A stretch of 64,000 bases of DNA, taken from positions 53,501,282-53,565,281 of the forward strand of contig NC_057719.1 of assembly GCF_004010195.1 (NCBI RefSeq), read 5' to 3'. Below, in pieces: positions 24,720 to 37,670 of this stretch. How positions within the stretch are numbered: the first letter of the stretch is position 1; the number at the start of each line of letters is the position of its first letter. The notes under the pieces were generated by a model. That model was not told where the DNA came from. It was given only the letters and a program-made list of their open reading frames with translations, and did not search any database. The position numbers and the translations under genes are program-made. The stretch comes from Chiloscyllium plagiosum. Taxonomy: Eukaryota.

Positions 24720-25457
24720 CTGATCCAGGTATTATTCATTCATTGGCCGTCCCTTTCAGATGAGGCTGACTCTGTTCCACTCCCAGGGTGAGTCCGTAGG
24801 TGGCTGTGCAGATGAATGTGGCTTGCACAGGTTCTGTTACATTTGGGCAGAAGGTGGTTGTGGGAAAGGTTGGATGGGATGTTGGTGTGGTAGTGTGCTC
24901 CTTTGATTGTTTGTGCCTGGCTTCCACATTTTCCTGATAACAAGTCTTGAGGTGTTCAATGCCCTCCTAATGCTCCTCCTCCACATTGGATGGTCTTGGG
25001 CCAGTAATTCCCAGGGGTCTGTGGGCATGTCTTACTTTGCCAGTGAGGCCTTGAAGGTATCCTAAAGCACTTCCTCTGTCCAGGGCTCACCTGCCATTTT
25101 GGAGCTAGGAATAGATCACCTGCTTGGGGAGTCTTGTGTCAGTCATATGGATGATGTGGTGCTGGAAAAGCTCAGCAGGTCAGGTAGCATCTGAAGAGCA
25201 GGAAAATCGACGTTTCAGGTCCTGATGAAGGGATTTTGCCCGAAACGTCAATTTTCCTGCTCCTCGGATGCTGCCTGACCTGCTGTGCTTTACTAGCACC
25301 ACTCTAATTTAGGCTCTGATTTGCAGCATCTGCAGTCCTCACTTTTGCCTATGTGGATGACGTGCCCAGCACATTGGCGATCAAGGGGGTCAGTGCTTTG
25401 ATGCTTGTGGATGGTCGAGTCTTTCTTCCCAGCAGATTCACAGGATCTTGTACAGGT
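24720..25457 (-). mobile_element. RTE-clade LINE 3' fragment
   Basis: TDPWELLAQDHPMWRRSI and C-terminal C2H2-like KCNRTCASHIHLHSHLRTH. Confidence 0.7.
25159..25350 (+). mobile_element. Penelope-derived fold-back mini-insert with family A hammerhead motif (25222-25249)
   Basis: CTGATGA-a-ggga-tttt-gccc-GAAA-cGTC; 14-bp TSD at(a/g)tggatga(t/c)gtg at 25145-25158 and 25351-25364. Confidence 0.85.
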
Positions 25458-25560
25458 TCTGAGGAAGGGTCACTTGATCCAAAACATTAACTCGAATTGC
25501 ACTTCACAGTTGCTGCCAGACCTGCTGAGCTTTTCCAGCAATTTCTGTTTTTGTTTTTGA
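25458..25560 (+). mobile_element. Penelope-derived mini-insert with family C hammerhead motif
   Basis: CTGAGGA-a-gggtc-actt-gatcc-aAAA-catta, then gctgccagacctgctgagcttttccagc. Confidence 0.65.
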
Positions 25561-25589
25561 ATATAAAATAAAGGCTGTGTTCTAATTGA

Positions 25590-26280
25590 GATGCAGGAGC
25601 AGAGGGACCTTGAAGTAGTGCACAAGTTGTTGATGGTGATAGGGCAAGGGAAAGATCAGTTAATAAGGAATGCAATATCCCAGCCTTTACTAGTATGGTC
25701 ATTGAGTACAAGAACAAGTAGGTCATGCTGAACTTGTATAAGATACTTGTTTGGACCTCAGCTTCCTTTTTGCTTACAGTTTGAGACATCACGAGAAAAA
25801 GAATGTAGGTTCATTGCAGAGAATGAAGAAAAAACATTTACAAGAATGGTTCACAAGGCTGAGAATCTTGATTTTTAATGATCAATTGAGAATGTAGGAT
25901 TATTCTCTTTGGGGAGAAGAAGCAAAGAGGAGTTCCGATAGAAGTTTGAAAATAATGACCTGGTTCTATCAAATAGATGGGGAGATACTTTTCTGCTTGT
26001 ATAAGAAGAATATGGCGCAGATTCAAAACGATTGCAAAAGAAGCAAATGTATTGTGAGAAAATCAGAATGACTCAACAAATGGTTTTGGTCTAGCACGCA
26101 CATCCTGGAAGTGTGTTGGAGGCAGATTCCATTTGACATCTTCAAGAGCACATCCAATGCTTATTATAATGTGTAAGGACATGGGGAAAAGGGAAGAGAA
26201 TGGCATCAAGACATGGTGTTCCCTTGGTGAGCAATACAAACATGATGGCTCCATTATGTGCTGTAACTCTTCTGTGCTGT
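25590..26280 (+). mobile_element. Degenerate CR1 3' fragment
   Basis: IEYKNK*VMLNLYKILVGPQL-like translation. Confidence 0.6.
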
Positions 26281-27079
26281 CACCTCCCCTTTGAAGACTA
26301 ATTTGCAAATCAGAAATCATCATGACTCATATGATCTGCCTCCTAGTGTAAATTTAGCCAGATATTTTTAAAGAAAGCTACAACTCTATAATTTTCAGCA
26401 CATGTTTCTCTGACCATCTCCATTTCTTAAGGCAATGAAAATGCTAGTGCCTGCCACTTTTTCACAATATTGACAGATTGACTAAGTTGGATAGTGATTA
26501 ACAATCATCTGTGCCTGGAGATCAGCTCACCACTTCCTTCTCAAGGCCAAATAGGGACAGGCAATGAATGCTTGCCAGCTAGTAGCACCCATTTTTCATG
26601 AATGAATTTTTAAAAAAGCAGCAGGATACTGGACTTGTACAAGACACTTGCTTGGACCATGGGAGGTGGCACACAGACAACCAACTCTCCCACTTCCAGG
26701 AACACCGAACAGGGCAACAAGAAGTTTCAAACCATGCAAAGTAACATTCAGCACACAGTTCCTCATCTTTCTTTCACAGAACATGCTTAGTCCTCTTAAA
26801 GCAACACTTATTTAAAACCACAAAAGCAATGGGCTTTAACACAGAGATGAAGGGTGCTAACAAAATAATATTGACTTGAAGCATTGATCTAGATTTTTGC
26901 TCTCCACTGCTACTCCACCCTGTCAGAAATAGCAAAAGTGCCCAGAAATCACTAGTCCCGCTGCAGCTGGGCACAATGGCATGTATGAAGTCGGTGAAGA
27001 CTTACACATGCATGGTTTATAGACCAAGCTGGTTATTTACATCATCGGCTGACGCAGGTGTGATTTGTTGAGATAGGCA

Positions 27080-27835
27080 TCTGAAATCTGTTGTGTAGAG
27101 CAGAACAGGTGTTGGAGGCAATATGTTGACATGAGTACAGAATTAGCAAATGGGCAAGAAACTGCAAGTGGTGATAAGTGGTTCTCTTTCAGGTTGGTGA
27201 CCTGTAACTAGTGAGATTCTACAGGGATCAGTGCTGAGACCACAACAGTTTGCAATTAGTGTTCATGATTTGGAGGAAGCAAGTAATTGTACTGCAGCAA
27301 AATCTGTGAACGATACAAAAAAAACGGTGAAAAGGTAGGTTGCGAGATGGATACAAACAGTTTACAGAGGGATATTAAGAGATTAATTAGATGGGGAAAT
27401 GGTTGGCAAATAGAGTATATGGGAAATTTGGGAAATGTGTTTTTGTTCATTTTGGAAGGGAGAACAAAAGAATATGATTTAAATGGAGAAAAACTGCAGA
27501 AAGCTACAACATACAGGGACTTGGAACTTCTTGGGCATGAAACACAGAGTCAGCACCCAGGTGCAGCAGGTAATTGGGAAGGCTCTTATTTCAGGGGGGG
27601 TTGGACTATAAGAGTATGGAAATCTTACTGTTAACTGTACAAGGTGCTGGTGAGACCATACCAGTTTTGAGACCCTTACTTAAGGAAAATATCATTTCAC
27701 TGAAGGTAGCTCAGAGAAGCTTCACGAGGATAAGTATAGAAACATTGTCTTATGAGCAAAGGTTAAACAGATTAGAACTCTACTCATTGGAGTTTAGAAG
27801 GATGAGAGGTGATCTCAATGAAACATTTAGGATTC
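27080..27835 (+). mobile_element. Old CR1 RT fragment, continuing at 31813-32185
   Basis: QGSVL motif; ...RRMRGDLNETFRI breaks off and resumes as KELDRMN after the long CR1. Confidence 0.75.
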
Positions 27836-27970
27836 GACTTGGGTAATGTCTCCTACCCTCCTCCTCCTCTCACCAAAACAAAAGTTCTGTGCGTCATTTG
27901 GCAAGGTGGTAAGTGTTTTTTTGTGTGTTTCTTTTTTTAGCGGTCCATTTGGGAATTTAGAATAGTGGAA

Positions 27971-28790
27971 ATGGAGGTTAGGGCAGTTGAATGTTCCTCC
28001 TGCAGTATGTGGGAGGTAAGGGTCACCACTAGTGTCCCTGCTGACTTCATTTGTGGGAAGTGCACCCAACTCTAGCTCCTCAAGAACCATGTTAGGGAAC
28101 TGGAGCTGGAGCTGGATGAACTTTGGATCATTTGGGAGGCGGAGGGGCTTATTGAAAGGAGTTAAAAGGAGGTAGTTACTCCACAGCCACGTGAAGAAGG
28201 TAGATGCGTTACCATCACGGGTAGGAAAAAGAACCAGCAGGCAATGCAGGGATCTCCTGTGGTGGTTCCCTTCATCAACAAGGATACCATTGGTGGGGAT
28301 TGACTTACTAGGGGTAAGCAATGGGGCACAGGCCTCTGGCACAGAGTCTCTCCCTATTGCTCAAAAGAAAATGTGGAAGAGGAACACAGCTTTAGTCATT
28401 AGGCATTCCTTAGTTAGGGGGACAGATTGGAGATTTTGTGGGAACGAGAGAGACTCACAATTGGTTTGTTACCTCCCAGGTGCCAGGGTTTCTGATTGCA
28501 TTTTCGGGATCCTTGAGGGTGAGGGGGAGCAGCCTCAAGTCGTGGTCCACATAGGCACTAACGACATGGGTAGGAAGAAAGGTGGGATCTAAGGCAGTAA
28601 TTCAGTGAGCTAGGATGGAAGCCTAGAGCTAGAACAAAGAGTTGTTATCTCTGGTTTGTTGCCTGTGCCACATGCTAGTGAAGTTGTAACAGAGAGAGAA
28701 AGGAGCTGAACATGTGGTTGCAGGGATGGTACAGGAGGGAGGGTTTTGGATTCTTGGATAATTGGAGCTTTTTCTGGGAAAGGTGGGATA
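27971..28790 (+). pseudogene. CR1 ORF1: zinc finger, leucine zipper and SGNH esterase domain
   Basis: VECSSCSMW...FICGKC, VRELELELDEL, LVIRHSLVRG (GDS-like), CYLPGARV, VVVHIGTND. Confidence 0.85.
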
Positions 28791-28909
28791 GAATAATGCT
28801 GCAGGGGGATGGGAACCTGAATTGTAGTTCCAGTGTACAGGAGGTTGAGGGTCGTCAGGTCAGGCATAGGTTTACAAAGTTCGCGAGAGGGTACCAGCAA
28901 CCAGGATGT

Positions 28910-31700
28910 TTGTTGAAATGTGTGTATTTCAATGCCAGGAGCATCCAGAATAAGGTGGGTGAATTTGCAGCATGGGTTGGTACCTGGGATTTCAATGTTG
29001 TGGCCATTTCAGAGACATGCCTAGAGGAGGGATAGAAATAGTTGTTGCGGATTCCAGGATTTAGCAGCTGAGAGAACTTTTGAGGACTCATCCACTGAGG
29101 TAGTTTGGGCTGAGGTTAGAAACAGGAAAGGAGAGGTCACCCTATTGGGAGTTTTCTATACGCCTCCAAATTGTTCTAGGGACGTAGAGGAAAGGATAGC
29201 AAAGGTGCTTCTCGATAGGAGCGAGAGTAACAGGATAGTTGTTATGGGGTCTTTAACTTCCCCAATATTGACTGGGAATACTATAGTTCAAGTAATTTAG
29301 ATGGGTCAGTTTTTGTTCAATGTGTGCAGGAGGGTTTTCTGACACAGTATGTAGACAGGCCAACAAGAGGCGATGCCATTTTGGATTTGATACTGGGGAA
29401 TGAATCTGGCCAGGTGTTAGATTTGGAGGTAGGTGAGCACTTTGGCAGTAGTGACCATAATTCTGTTACATTTACAATAGCAATGGGCAGGGATAAGTAT
29501 ATACCACAGGGAAAGAGTAATAACTGGGGGAAAGGCAATTATGATGTGATTAGGCAAGAATTAGGATGCATAGGAAGGGGAAAGAAACTGCAGGGGATGG
29601 ACACACTTGAAATGTGGAGCTCATTCAAAGAACAGATACTGCGGGTCCTTGATAAATGTATACCTATCAGGCAGGGAAGTAGTTGTTGAGAGAAGGAGCC
29701 ATGGTTTACAAAAGAAGTTGAAGTTCTTGTCAAGAGGAAGAAGAAGGCTTATGATAGATGAGGCGTGAAGGCACAGATAGGGGGCTTGAGTGTTATAAGT
29801 TTGCCAGAAAAGATCTAAAGAGAGGGCTAAGAAGAGCCAGGAGGGGGCTTGAGAAGTTGTTGGCGGATAGAATCAAGGAAAACTCTAAGGCCTTCTATAG
29901 GTATATCAGTAATAAAAGAATGACTAGAGTAAGATTGGGCCCAATCAAAGATAGTAGTGGAATCTGATGAGAAAGGGGAAACACTTAATGAATACTTTTC
30001 ATTAGTATTCACCTTGGAAGAGAGCAATGTTAGTGAGAATATGGAGATACAGGCTACTAGATTAGATGAGATCCTGATGAAGGGCTTTTGCTTGAAACAG
30101 CGATTTTCCTGCTCCTCGGATGCTGCCTGACCTGCTGTGCTTTACCAGCACCACTCTAATCTAGACTCTGATCTACAGCATCTGTAGTCCTCACTTTTGC
30201 CTAGATGAGATTGCAATTGACAACGAGGAGGTTTTAGCAATTTTGGAAGATCTGAAATTAGCTAAGATCCCTGGACCAGATGGGATTTGTCCTTGGATTC
30301 TCTGGGAAGCCAGGGAGGAGATTACAGAGTCTTTGGCTTTGATCTTTATGTCATCGTTGTCGATAGGAGTAGTGCCAGAAGACTGGAGGATAGCAAATTT
30401 TGTTCCTTTGGTTAAGAAGGGGAGTCGTGACAATCCTGGTAATTATAGGCCAGTGAGCCTGACTTCAGTTGTGTAGAAAGTGTTGGAAAAGGCTATAAGA
30501 TTTATAATTATTTGGAGAGGGATATATAATTATTAGTTAGGGATAGTCAACATGGTTTTGTGAAGGATAGGTCATGCCTCACTAATCTGGTTGAGTCCTT
30601 TGAGAAGGTGACAAAACATGTGGATGAAGGTAAAGTGGTTGATGTGGTGTATATGGACTTTAGCAAGATGTTTGATAAGGTTCCACATGGTAAGCTATTA
30701 CACAAAATACAGAATTTTGGGATTGAAGGTGATTTAGTGGCTTGGATCAGAAATTGACTAGCTGAAAGAAGACAGAGGGTGCTGGTTAATGGGAAATGTT
30801 CATCCTCAAGCTCAGCTACCATGGGGTGCTGCAAGGATCTGTTTTGGGGCCACTGCTGTTTGTCATTTTTATAAATGATCTGGACGTGGGCATAGAAGGA
30901 TGGGTTAGTAAATTTGTGGATGACACTAAGGTAGGCAGAGTTGTGGATAGTGCGGAAGGATGCTGTGGGTTACAAAGGGACATAGATAAGATACAGAGGT
31001 GGACTGAGAAGTGGCAAATAGAGTTTAATGTGAAAAAGTGTGAGGCAGTTCACTTTGGAAGAAATAACAGGAATGCAGAGTACTGGGTTAAAGGTAAAAT
31101 TCTTGGCAGTGTAGACGAACAGAGAGATCTCGGTATCCGGGTGCATAAATTCCTGAAAATTGCCACTGTGGTTGATAGGCTTGTTAAGAACGCATATGGT
31201 GTGTTGGCATTTATTGGTTGGGGGATTGAGTTTTGGAGCCGTGAGATCATGCTTCAGCCATACAAGACACTGGTAAGGCTGCTCCTGGAGTATTGCGTGC
31301 AGTTCTGGTCACCCCATTATAAGAAGGATGTGGAAGCTTTGGAAAGGGTTCAGAGGAGATTTACTAGGATGTTGTCTGGTATGGAAGGAAGGTCTTATGA
31401 GGAGAGGCTGAGGGAACTGAGGCTGTTTTCGTTAGAGAGAAGAAGGTTGAGGGGTGACTTAATCGAGACGTATAAGATAATAAGAGGGTTAGATCGGGTG
31501 GGCAGTGAGTGACGCTTTCCTCAGATAGTGAAGGCTAACACGAGGGGACATTAGCTTTAAAATTGAGGGGTGATAGATTTAGGACAGATATTAGAGGTAG
31601 TTTCTTCACTCAGAGAGTGGTAGGGGTGTGGAACGGCCAGCCTGCAACAGTAGTAGACTCGCTGACATTAAGGCCATTCAAATGGGCATTGGAAATACAT
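28910..31700 (+). pseudogene. CR1 ORF2: APE endonuclease and reverse transcriptase
   Basis: CVYFNARSI, VVAISET, ILDLIL, SDHN, NYRPVSLTSVV, QGSVLGPLLF, KFVDDTK. Confidence 0.92.
30073..30201 (+). mobile_element. Penelope-derived mini-insert beginning at the hammerhead core (family A)
   Basis: cCTGATGA-a-gggc-tttt-gctt-GAAA-c; TSD tagatgagat at 30063-30072 and 30202-30211. Confidence 0.85.
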
Positions 31701-33191
31701 ATGGATTATAACTGAATGGTGTAGAATATATGGGCATCATTTTATTTTTACAGGTCGGCACAACATTGAGGCTGAAGGGCCTGTACTGCGCTGTAATGTT
31801 CTATGTTCTATGGTTTTTAAGGAGCTTGACAGGATGAATACTGAGGGGAAGTGTGAGAGAGTCCTTGTGAGAGAGTCCAGGACCAGAGGACCTGGTCTCA
31901 GAAGAAAGGAGTGTAAATTTAATACCAAGATAAGGAAGAATATTTTCTCTCTTAGGGTTGCAAGTCTTTGGAATTCCTTACCACAGAGAGCCATGGGGCT
32001 AGAGTAATTGTGTATATTTAAGGTTGAGAGTGAGAGAGACTCTTGACCACCATTTCTCAGAATCAAGGCTCCTGAGAAAATGCAGGAAAGTGGATATGAG
32101 GAACATTGGATTATCCATGTTCCTATTGAATGGCAGAGCAGGCTCAAGTGGCCAAAAGGCCTACACTGATTTCTTATGGTCTTATAGCGTGTATGAACCT
32201 TGTGGACCTGGTAGCCAAGTATCTAGTTAAAGAAGTAAAGTTCCATTTAGATTTGGTCCTGTGACACATTTTGGAGCATTAAGCTGTCCTTTGGTGGCAG
32301 TAAGGCAGACATTCAGTGAGCAAGCTACCTCTTGTGGAGAAAGCATTCCCTTTTGGATTGTGAAAATTACACATTGGATATAAAGTACATCGATACATTG
32401 TGAACTGTCAAGTTATAAAAAAAAGCTGTCAAAGAAGCGTCAAAGTTGTCAAAGAAAACAATCAAGACTATCAAAAGGACATTCCCAGACTATAAAGCTG
32501 TTTAAGGGCCCAGACCTTTTAATCTGTGGAAAATTAGTCAAAAAAACAATCTTGGTTTTGAATGCTACAATTTCATCCTGTTTTTTCCATTCTCCTACAT
32601 CTTCCTCGATCACCTATCCCAGCATTCAATCCATTCCCACTCCCGTACTGAAAACAGGAAAATCAGGTAGCCATTTTAAAGAATAGGCTCATGGAATTGG
32701 AAATTCTCCCATCACTCAGTACCCAACTTGGGAACAAAGTCAGGACCATTAATGCTGTCTTAATGAATACCTCCAGAGTTAAGTATTTCTAACATTCTCT
32801 CTTTTTCTTTGTTCAACAACTCCTAATAATGCTTTCTGACACAAGAGAGAGACACTGTGGCTACCTGAATCCCCATATAGATTTTATTTATATACTGAAT
32901 CATAAAAAAAATTCCCATTTTAAACCCCTTGGTTCCATTATACACAATGTCATGGGGCTCATGGGAAGACATTCAGCTCTCATTGTGTGAGCTGGTGGGG
33001 TTGATGGCATCTTAACTGTGCCAAGCTGCTGACTAAGCACCCGACACTGTCACACTTGCCTCCTTGTGAAGGTTGGCAGAAATGAACTGCCATCATCTTC
33101 TGTGTCTCCTTAATCCCAAGTGGATACTGTTTAACTATTTTCAAGCATTGCCTAAATTTGATGAGAAGCCTATAGCATCTCATTTGAAAAG

Positions 33192-33797
33192 GTGGTTAAA
33201 CAAATACAGTGGCCAATGACCATGTGGGTTTTGTTGATTCAAACAAAACGTTTAGGTAGACCTAGTGGGGTGTTTGCACCACGATCAGAGGAGGAATCTG
33301 GGGCATATGAGGAGGTAAAGAAAGCCACCTTAAGTGCATATGACCTTGTGCCTGAAGTCTACAGACAACATTTCAGGAATCTAAGAAGAGACCCTGGTCA
33401 AACCTACACTGAGTTTGAAAGGATTGAACAAAATAATTTTGATAGGTGGATAAGGGCATTAAAAATAGAGCAAACCTATGACGCTCTGAGAGAGATGATA
33501 ATTTTGGAGGAATTCAAAAATTCACTTCCTGAACTAGTGAGAACTCATGTGGAAGAGCTGAAATGGCTGATGGTGATGAGTTGATCCATAAATCAAAGTT
33601 TGTCTTCCAAAATCAATTTCAAACCGTGAGGGATAGAAATTGGAGAATCTTCATATGGAAAGGGAAAAGATAGATCTCGGTGAAGATCATAAGGATAACT
33701 TACCACAGGGTAAAAAGAAACTCTTGAAGGGGAAAGAGAAGTTAAAAAGCTCAAGTGTTTTCACTGTAATAATGTAGACCACATGAAATCACAGTGT
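33192..33797 (+). pseudogene. Gag with SCAN-like region and CX2CX4HX4C zinc knuckle
   Basis: AYDLVPEVYRQHFRNLRR...LREMIILEEFKNSLPELVRTHV; CFHCNNVDHMKSQC at 33756-33797. Confidence 0.85.
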
Positions 33798-34677
33798 TAG
33801 TGGGTTAGGAAAAGCACTGGGAAGCCGGATGTAGGAAAACAGGATAAACCAGTGAGTTTTGTTGTAGTGGTAACGGAAAGCACAGTGGAGGCTAGAAAGC
33901 TGCACCAGCATGTACAAGCTGGTTGGAGGTTGGTTAAGGACGAAGTGCTAGATTTTCTTAAGTTTATTTGCATAGGCCAGGAGCAGCAAGCAAAGAGGTT
34001 ACAATATTAAGAGATGCAGGATCCTCTCAATCTGTGATGTCGAAAGATGAGGAGATATGTGCCTCTGAAAGATTATTGCCTGATAAGGTGTAAGCACTGG
34101 GAATTCACAGTGAGACAAGAAGTGTTCTATTATGTAGAGTGAGGTAGAGTATCCATTGAGGAGTGGAGAAGTCTCGGTAGGAGCATTGGACAAACTCTCA
34201 GCTTCAGGAATACAATTTGTTCTAGCTAATGATATAGGTGGTTCACAGGTAGGAGTGCTGCCTACTGTGGTTGAAAAGCCAAGTGGAAACTCAGGCAACT
34301 GAATTACAGGACACATATCCAAAATGTTTCCAAACTATGTAGTAATGAGGGCACAAAGTCACCAATTGAAACAGGAGTAATCAAATATATAGTTAAGAAA
34401 ATTGAAGTGGAATTAGCATAGACCTTGTTTGATCAAATGGTTGAAACAAACCAGGCGCAGATAGATAACAAAGCTGACATCTTTAGTTCAGATAAATTAA
34501 CTGAGTAACAGCAGAAAGATGGAAATTTAAAACAATTGTATCAAAAGGCATACATGGGAGAAGAATCTTAATGTGTTCCTGAATGTTAATATCTTAAAAA
34601 TGATGCCTTAATGATGCCTTAATATGCCATTACATATTTAAGCAGATGGGAAATAGGTACAAGTTCATCAAGTCGTA

Positions 34678-35500
34678 TTGCCAATGAGTTATAGAAAGGA
34701 GGTGTTGCGGGTGGCACATGGACTACCAGTAGGGGGTCGTTTACGAGTGAGAAAAACACAAGCTAAAATACAAAAACATTTTTACTGGCCTGAACTGCAT
34801 AAGGATGTTGTTGAATTTTGCCAGACGAGTCATACATGTCAGGTAATTGGAAAACTACAAGCAGTTATAAAACCCATAACTTTAATACCTATTCCTACAT
34901 TTGAGGAATCTTTCACAAGAGTCTTAATTGATTGTGTAGGACCCCTACCTAAAACAAAAAGTGGAAATCAGTATGTGTTAACAATAATGGATGTATCCAC
35001 CAGATTTCCAGAGGCTGTCCCATTATGCAATATCAGAGCTAAAAGAATTGTAGAATAATTACCCAAATATTTCACAAAATACGGACTACCCACAGAGACA
35101 CAATCAGGTCAAGGGTCAAACCTCATGTCAAAATTATTCAAGGAAGTTATGGACAGCTTAGGAATAAAACAATTTAAATCTCCTGCATACCATCCAGAAT
35201 CTCAGGGAGCGCTAGAATCTCAGGGTGGCATCAAACACTAATGACCATGTTGACAATTTACAGTTAAGACTATCCAGATGATTGGGATAAAGGAACACCA
35301 TTTGTATATTTTGCAATCAGAGATGCACCAAATGAATCGACCAAATCCATTTGAATTAGTTTTTGGGCATGAAGTGAGAGGACCGCTAAAATTGATTAAG
35401 GAGAAATTGATAAGTCAGAATTTAGAGACCATATATTTGTACTATGTGTCAAATTTTCGGGAATGATTAAATAGAGTGGAAGAGTTGGCGAGACAGCATT
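34678..35500 (+). pseudogene. Gypsy integrase (HHCC and DDE core) remnant
   Basis: LRVAHG...FYWPELHKDVVEFCQTSHTCQ; VLIDCVGPLP...LTIMDVSTRFPEAVPL; AYHPESQG. Confidence 0.9.
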
Positions 35501-36170
35501 TAAAAGTATCACAACATTCAATGAAACAGGAAGCAGACAAGAAATCAAAAATTCACAATTTTTCTATCAGGGATAAGGTGTTAATGTTACTTCCAGTAAT
35601 AGATGAATCTTTAAAAACAAGGTTTGGTGGACCTTATCAAATTGAAAGAAATTAAGCGAGGTGAGCTATTTCGCAAGGACTCCAGACAAAAAGAAATTTC
35701 ACAGAACGTGTCATGTGAATGTGCTCAAAAGATATTTTGACAGGTAAGGAAATCCAAAGGAGACTGTGTTATTGGTTACAACACAGTAAAGAATCAAGTT
35801 CAGAGGATTCTGAATTGGACATTCCTCAAATTAAATTGGAAATGAGGAAGTTGTCAAACATTAGGATAAATTATTGAGTTAACTTCCAGAAGAAAATTGA
35901 AATGACCTGGAAAAATCATTTCTATAACATGGGGAGATATGTGTAAATAAGTTGGGAAGTACTAACCTAATTATACATGATATAGATACAGGAGATGCTG
36001 TTCTGATTAAGCAACATCCATTTAGGTATAACCTTCTAAAGTTGGCAAAGGTTCAAAGGAGATTGAACACATGCTCCAAGATGACATAATCGAAGTGAGT
36101 TACAGTGACTGGAGCTCACCCGTAGTAATGGAGCAAAAACCAGATGGTACCCAACGGTTATGTGTGGACT

Positions 36171-36416
36171 TCCTTCCCACCTATTTGCTTCACACTCCTC
36201 CCTGATCTATCACTTTCATCCCTCATCTTCATCTACCTATTCCATTCCCAGCTACCCCTCCAGCAACACCCCCCCCCCCCCCACTCCAATTTATTTTTCA
36301 GCCCCCTTAGGTCACAAGATTCACTCCTCTGAAGAGCTAATGCTCAAAACATCGATTTTCCTGCTCCTTGGATGCTGCCTGACCAGCTGTGCTTTTCCAG
36401 CAGCAAACTCTTCAAT
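36171..36416 (+). mobile_element. Penelope 3' region insert with decayed family A hammerhead motif
   Basis: Pyrimidine-rich tract, then ctctgaa-gagc-taat-gctc-aaaacatc and the family tail; splits the RT motif LCVD/YHRVN. Confidence 0.75.
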
Positions 36417-36726
36417 GACTATCACAGAGTCAATGCAGTTACAAAGACTGATGCATAATGAATTCTGCAATAGGAAGACTGTGTTGAAAAGGTGGGATAA
36501 GAAGTTTATATTTCTAAGTTAGACTTGCTCAAAGGATACTGGCAGGTACCTCTGTCTGAAGGAACAAAGACAATTTTGGCTTTCATAACACCGAATGGAC
36601 TGTATCTTTTAAAGTCATGTCATTTGGTATGAAAAATGTGCCAGCCACGTTTCAGAGACTAACCAATAAAGTCATTGCCAGTTACCCAATTGTCTCATAT
36701 ACATTGATGACCTGGTGATTTTTAGT

Positions 36727-36904
36727 TAAAAATCACACAACACCAGGTTATAGTCCAACAGGTTTAATTGGAAGCACACTGGCTTTTGGAGCGACACTCC
36801 TTCATCAGGTGGTTGTGTGACAATTTAACCTGTTGGACTATAACCTAGTGTTGTATGATTTTTAACTTTGTACACCCCAGTCCAACACCGGAATTTCCAA
36901 ATCA
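36727..36904. mobile_element. Penelope-derived fold-back mini-insert (family B)
   Basis: Minus-strand cac-CTGATGA-a-ggagt-gtc-gctcc-aaaa-gcca-gtg at 36778-36811; 14-bp TSD tggtgatttttagt at 36713-36726 and 36905-36918. Confidence 0.85.
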
Positions 36905-37670
36905 TGGTGATTTTTAGTCACACATGGAAGGAATATTTATAACATGTATCAGACTTGTTCAATTGACTTCGTGATAAACAGGCTTGGTGATAAACCTGGC
37001 TAAAAGTGAATTTGCCAAAGCCCAAGTCACCGTCCTGAGCCATGTTATTGGACACACACATGGGACGCAAAAAACAAAGATAATTGGGTACCAAAGTTTA
37101 GCAGTGTGGCTTCTCCACTCACTGAATTGCTAAAGAAAGGCACAAAGTTTCAGTGGACAACAAACTGTCAGAAGACATTTGACAACCTGAAAGCTGTGTT
37201 AACCACTGCCCCAATATTAGCCACGCTAAAGGTAGTTATCGATGCAAGTGATGTGGGCAGCGGTGCTGTGCTCTTACAGGAAGACATCGAGAAAATAGGA
37301 AGAACAATCGAGTAGTTCTCCAGGAAATTGAACGTTCATCAGCAGAAATATTCGACAGTTGAAAAGGAGACTTAAGGACAAAAATTCCAGACTGTTTAAA
37401 CGGAGCTTTTTGTTATAACTATTCAACTTGAAAATTGTGCATATGGCAGGATGAGAAAAAGTGATTGCCAACGTCTTTTCGAGACTTGAATGAGAAACAG
37501 AGATGTTCGGTAGCAGAAGTAAAACAGACTGAAGCAGGATATAGTTGTGCCTGTTTGCATGTTTATAGTCAATGTCATGTTTCTGGGTGTTGTAGTGTAC
37601 TAACAATTTAGAATTAAGGGGGTTTGAAATGAAGCCATCTTTGGGTATTGTTTTTCTTTAAGGAGGGAGG

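Larger units (their letters stand above)
27836..31812 (+). mobile_element. Near full-length CR1 LINE (5' UTR, ORF1, ORF2), inactivated
   Basis: ORF1 from ATG 27971; ORF2 endonuclease and RT motifs; 3' tail gaagggcctgtactgcgctgtaatgttctatgttctatg; multiple stops and frameshifts. Confidence 0.95.
35950..37490 (+). pseudogene. Gypsy RT-RNase H remnant, interrupted by two Penelope-derived inserts
   Basis: WSSPVV...KPDGTQRLCVD, SKLDLLKGYWQVPL, FGMKNVPATFQRL, YIDDLVIF, IDASDVGSGAVLLQ, YSTVEKE. Confidence 0.9.

Noticed and set aside
27836..27910. Possible HDV-like ribozyme at the CR1 5' end
   Set aside because: I could not build the nested double-pseudoknot pairings by eye.
27909..27940. GTAAGT...TTTTTTTAG intron-like segment in the CR1 5' UTR
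   Set aside because: At 32 nt it is too short for a typical vertebrate spliceosomal intron.
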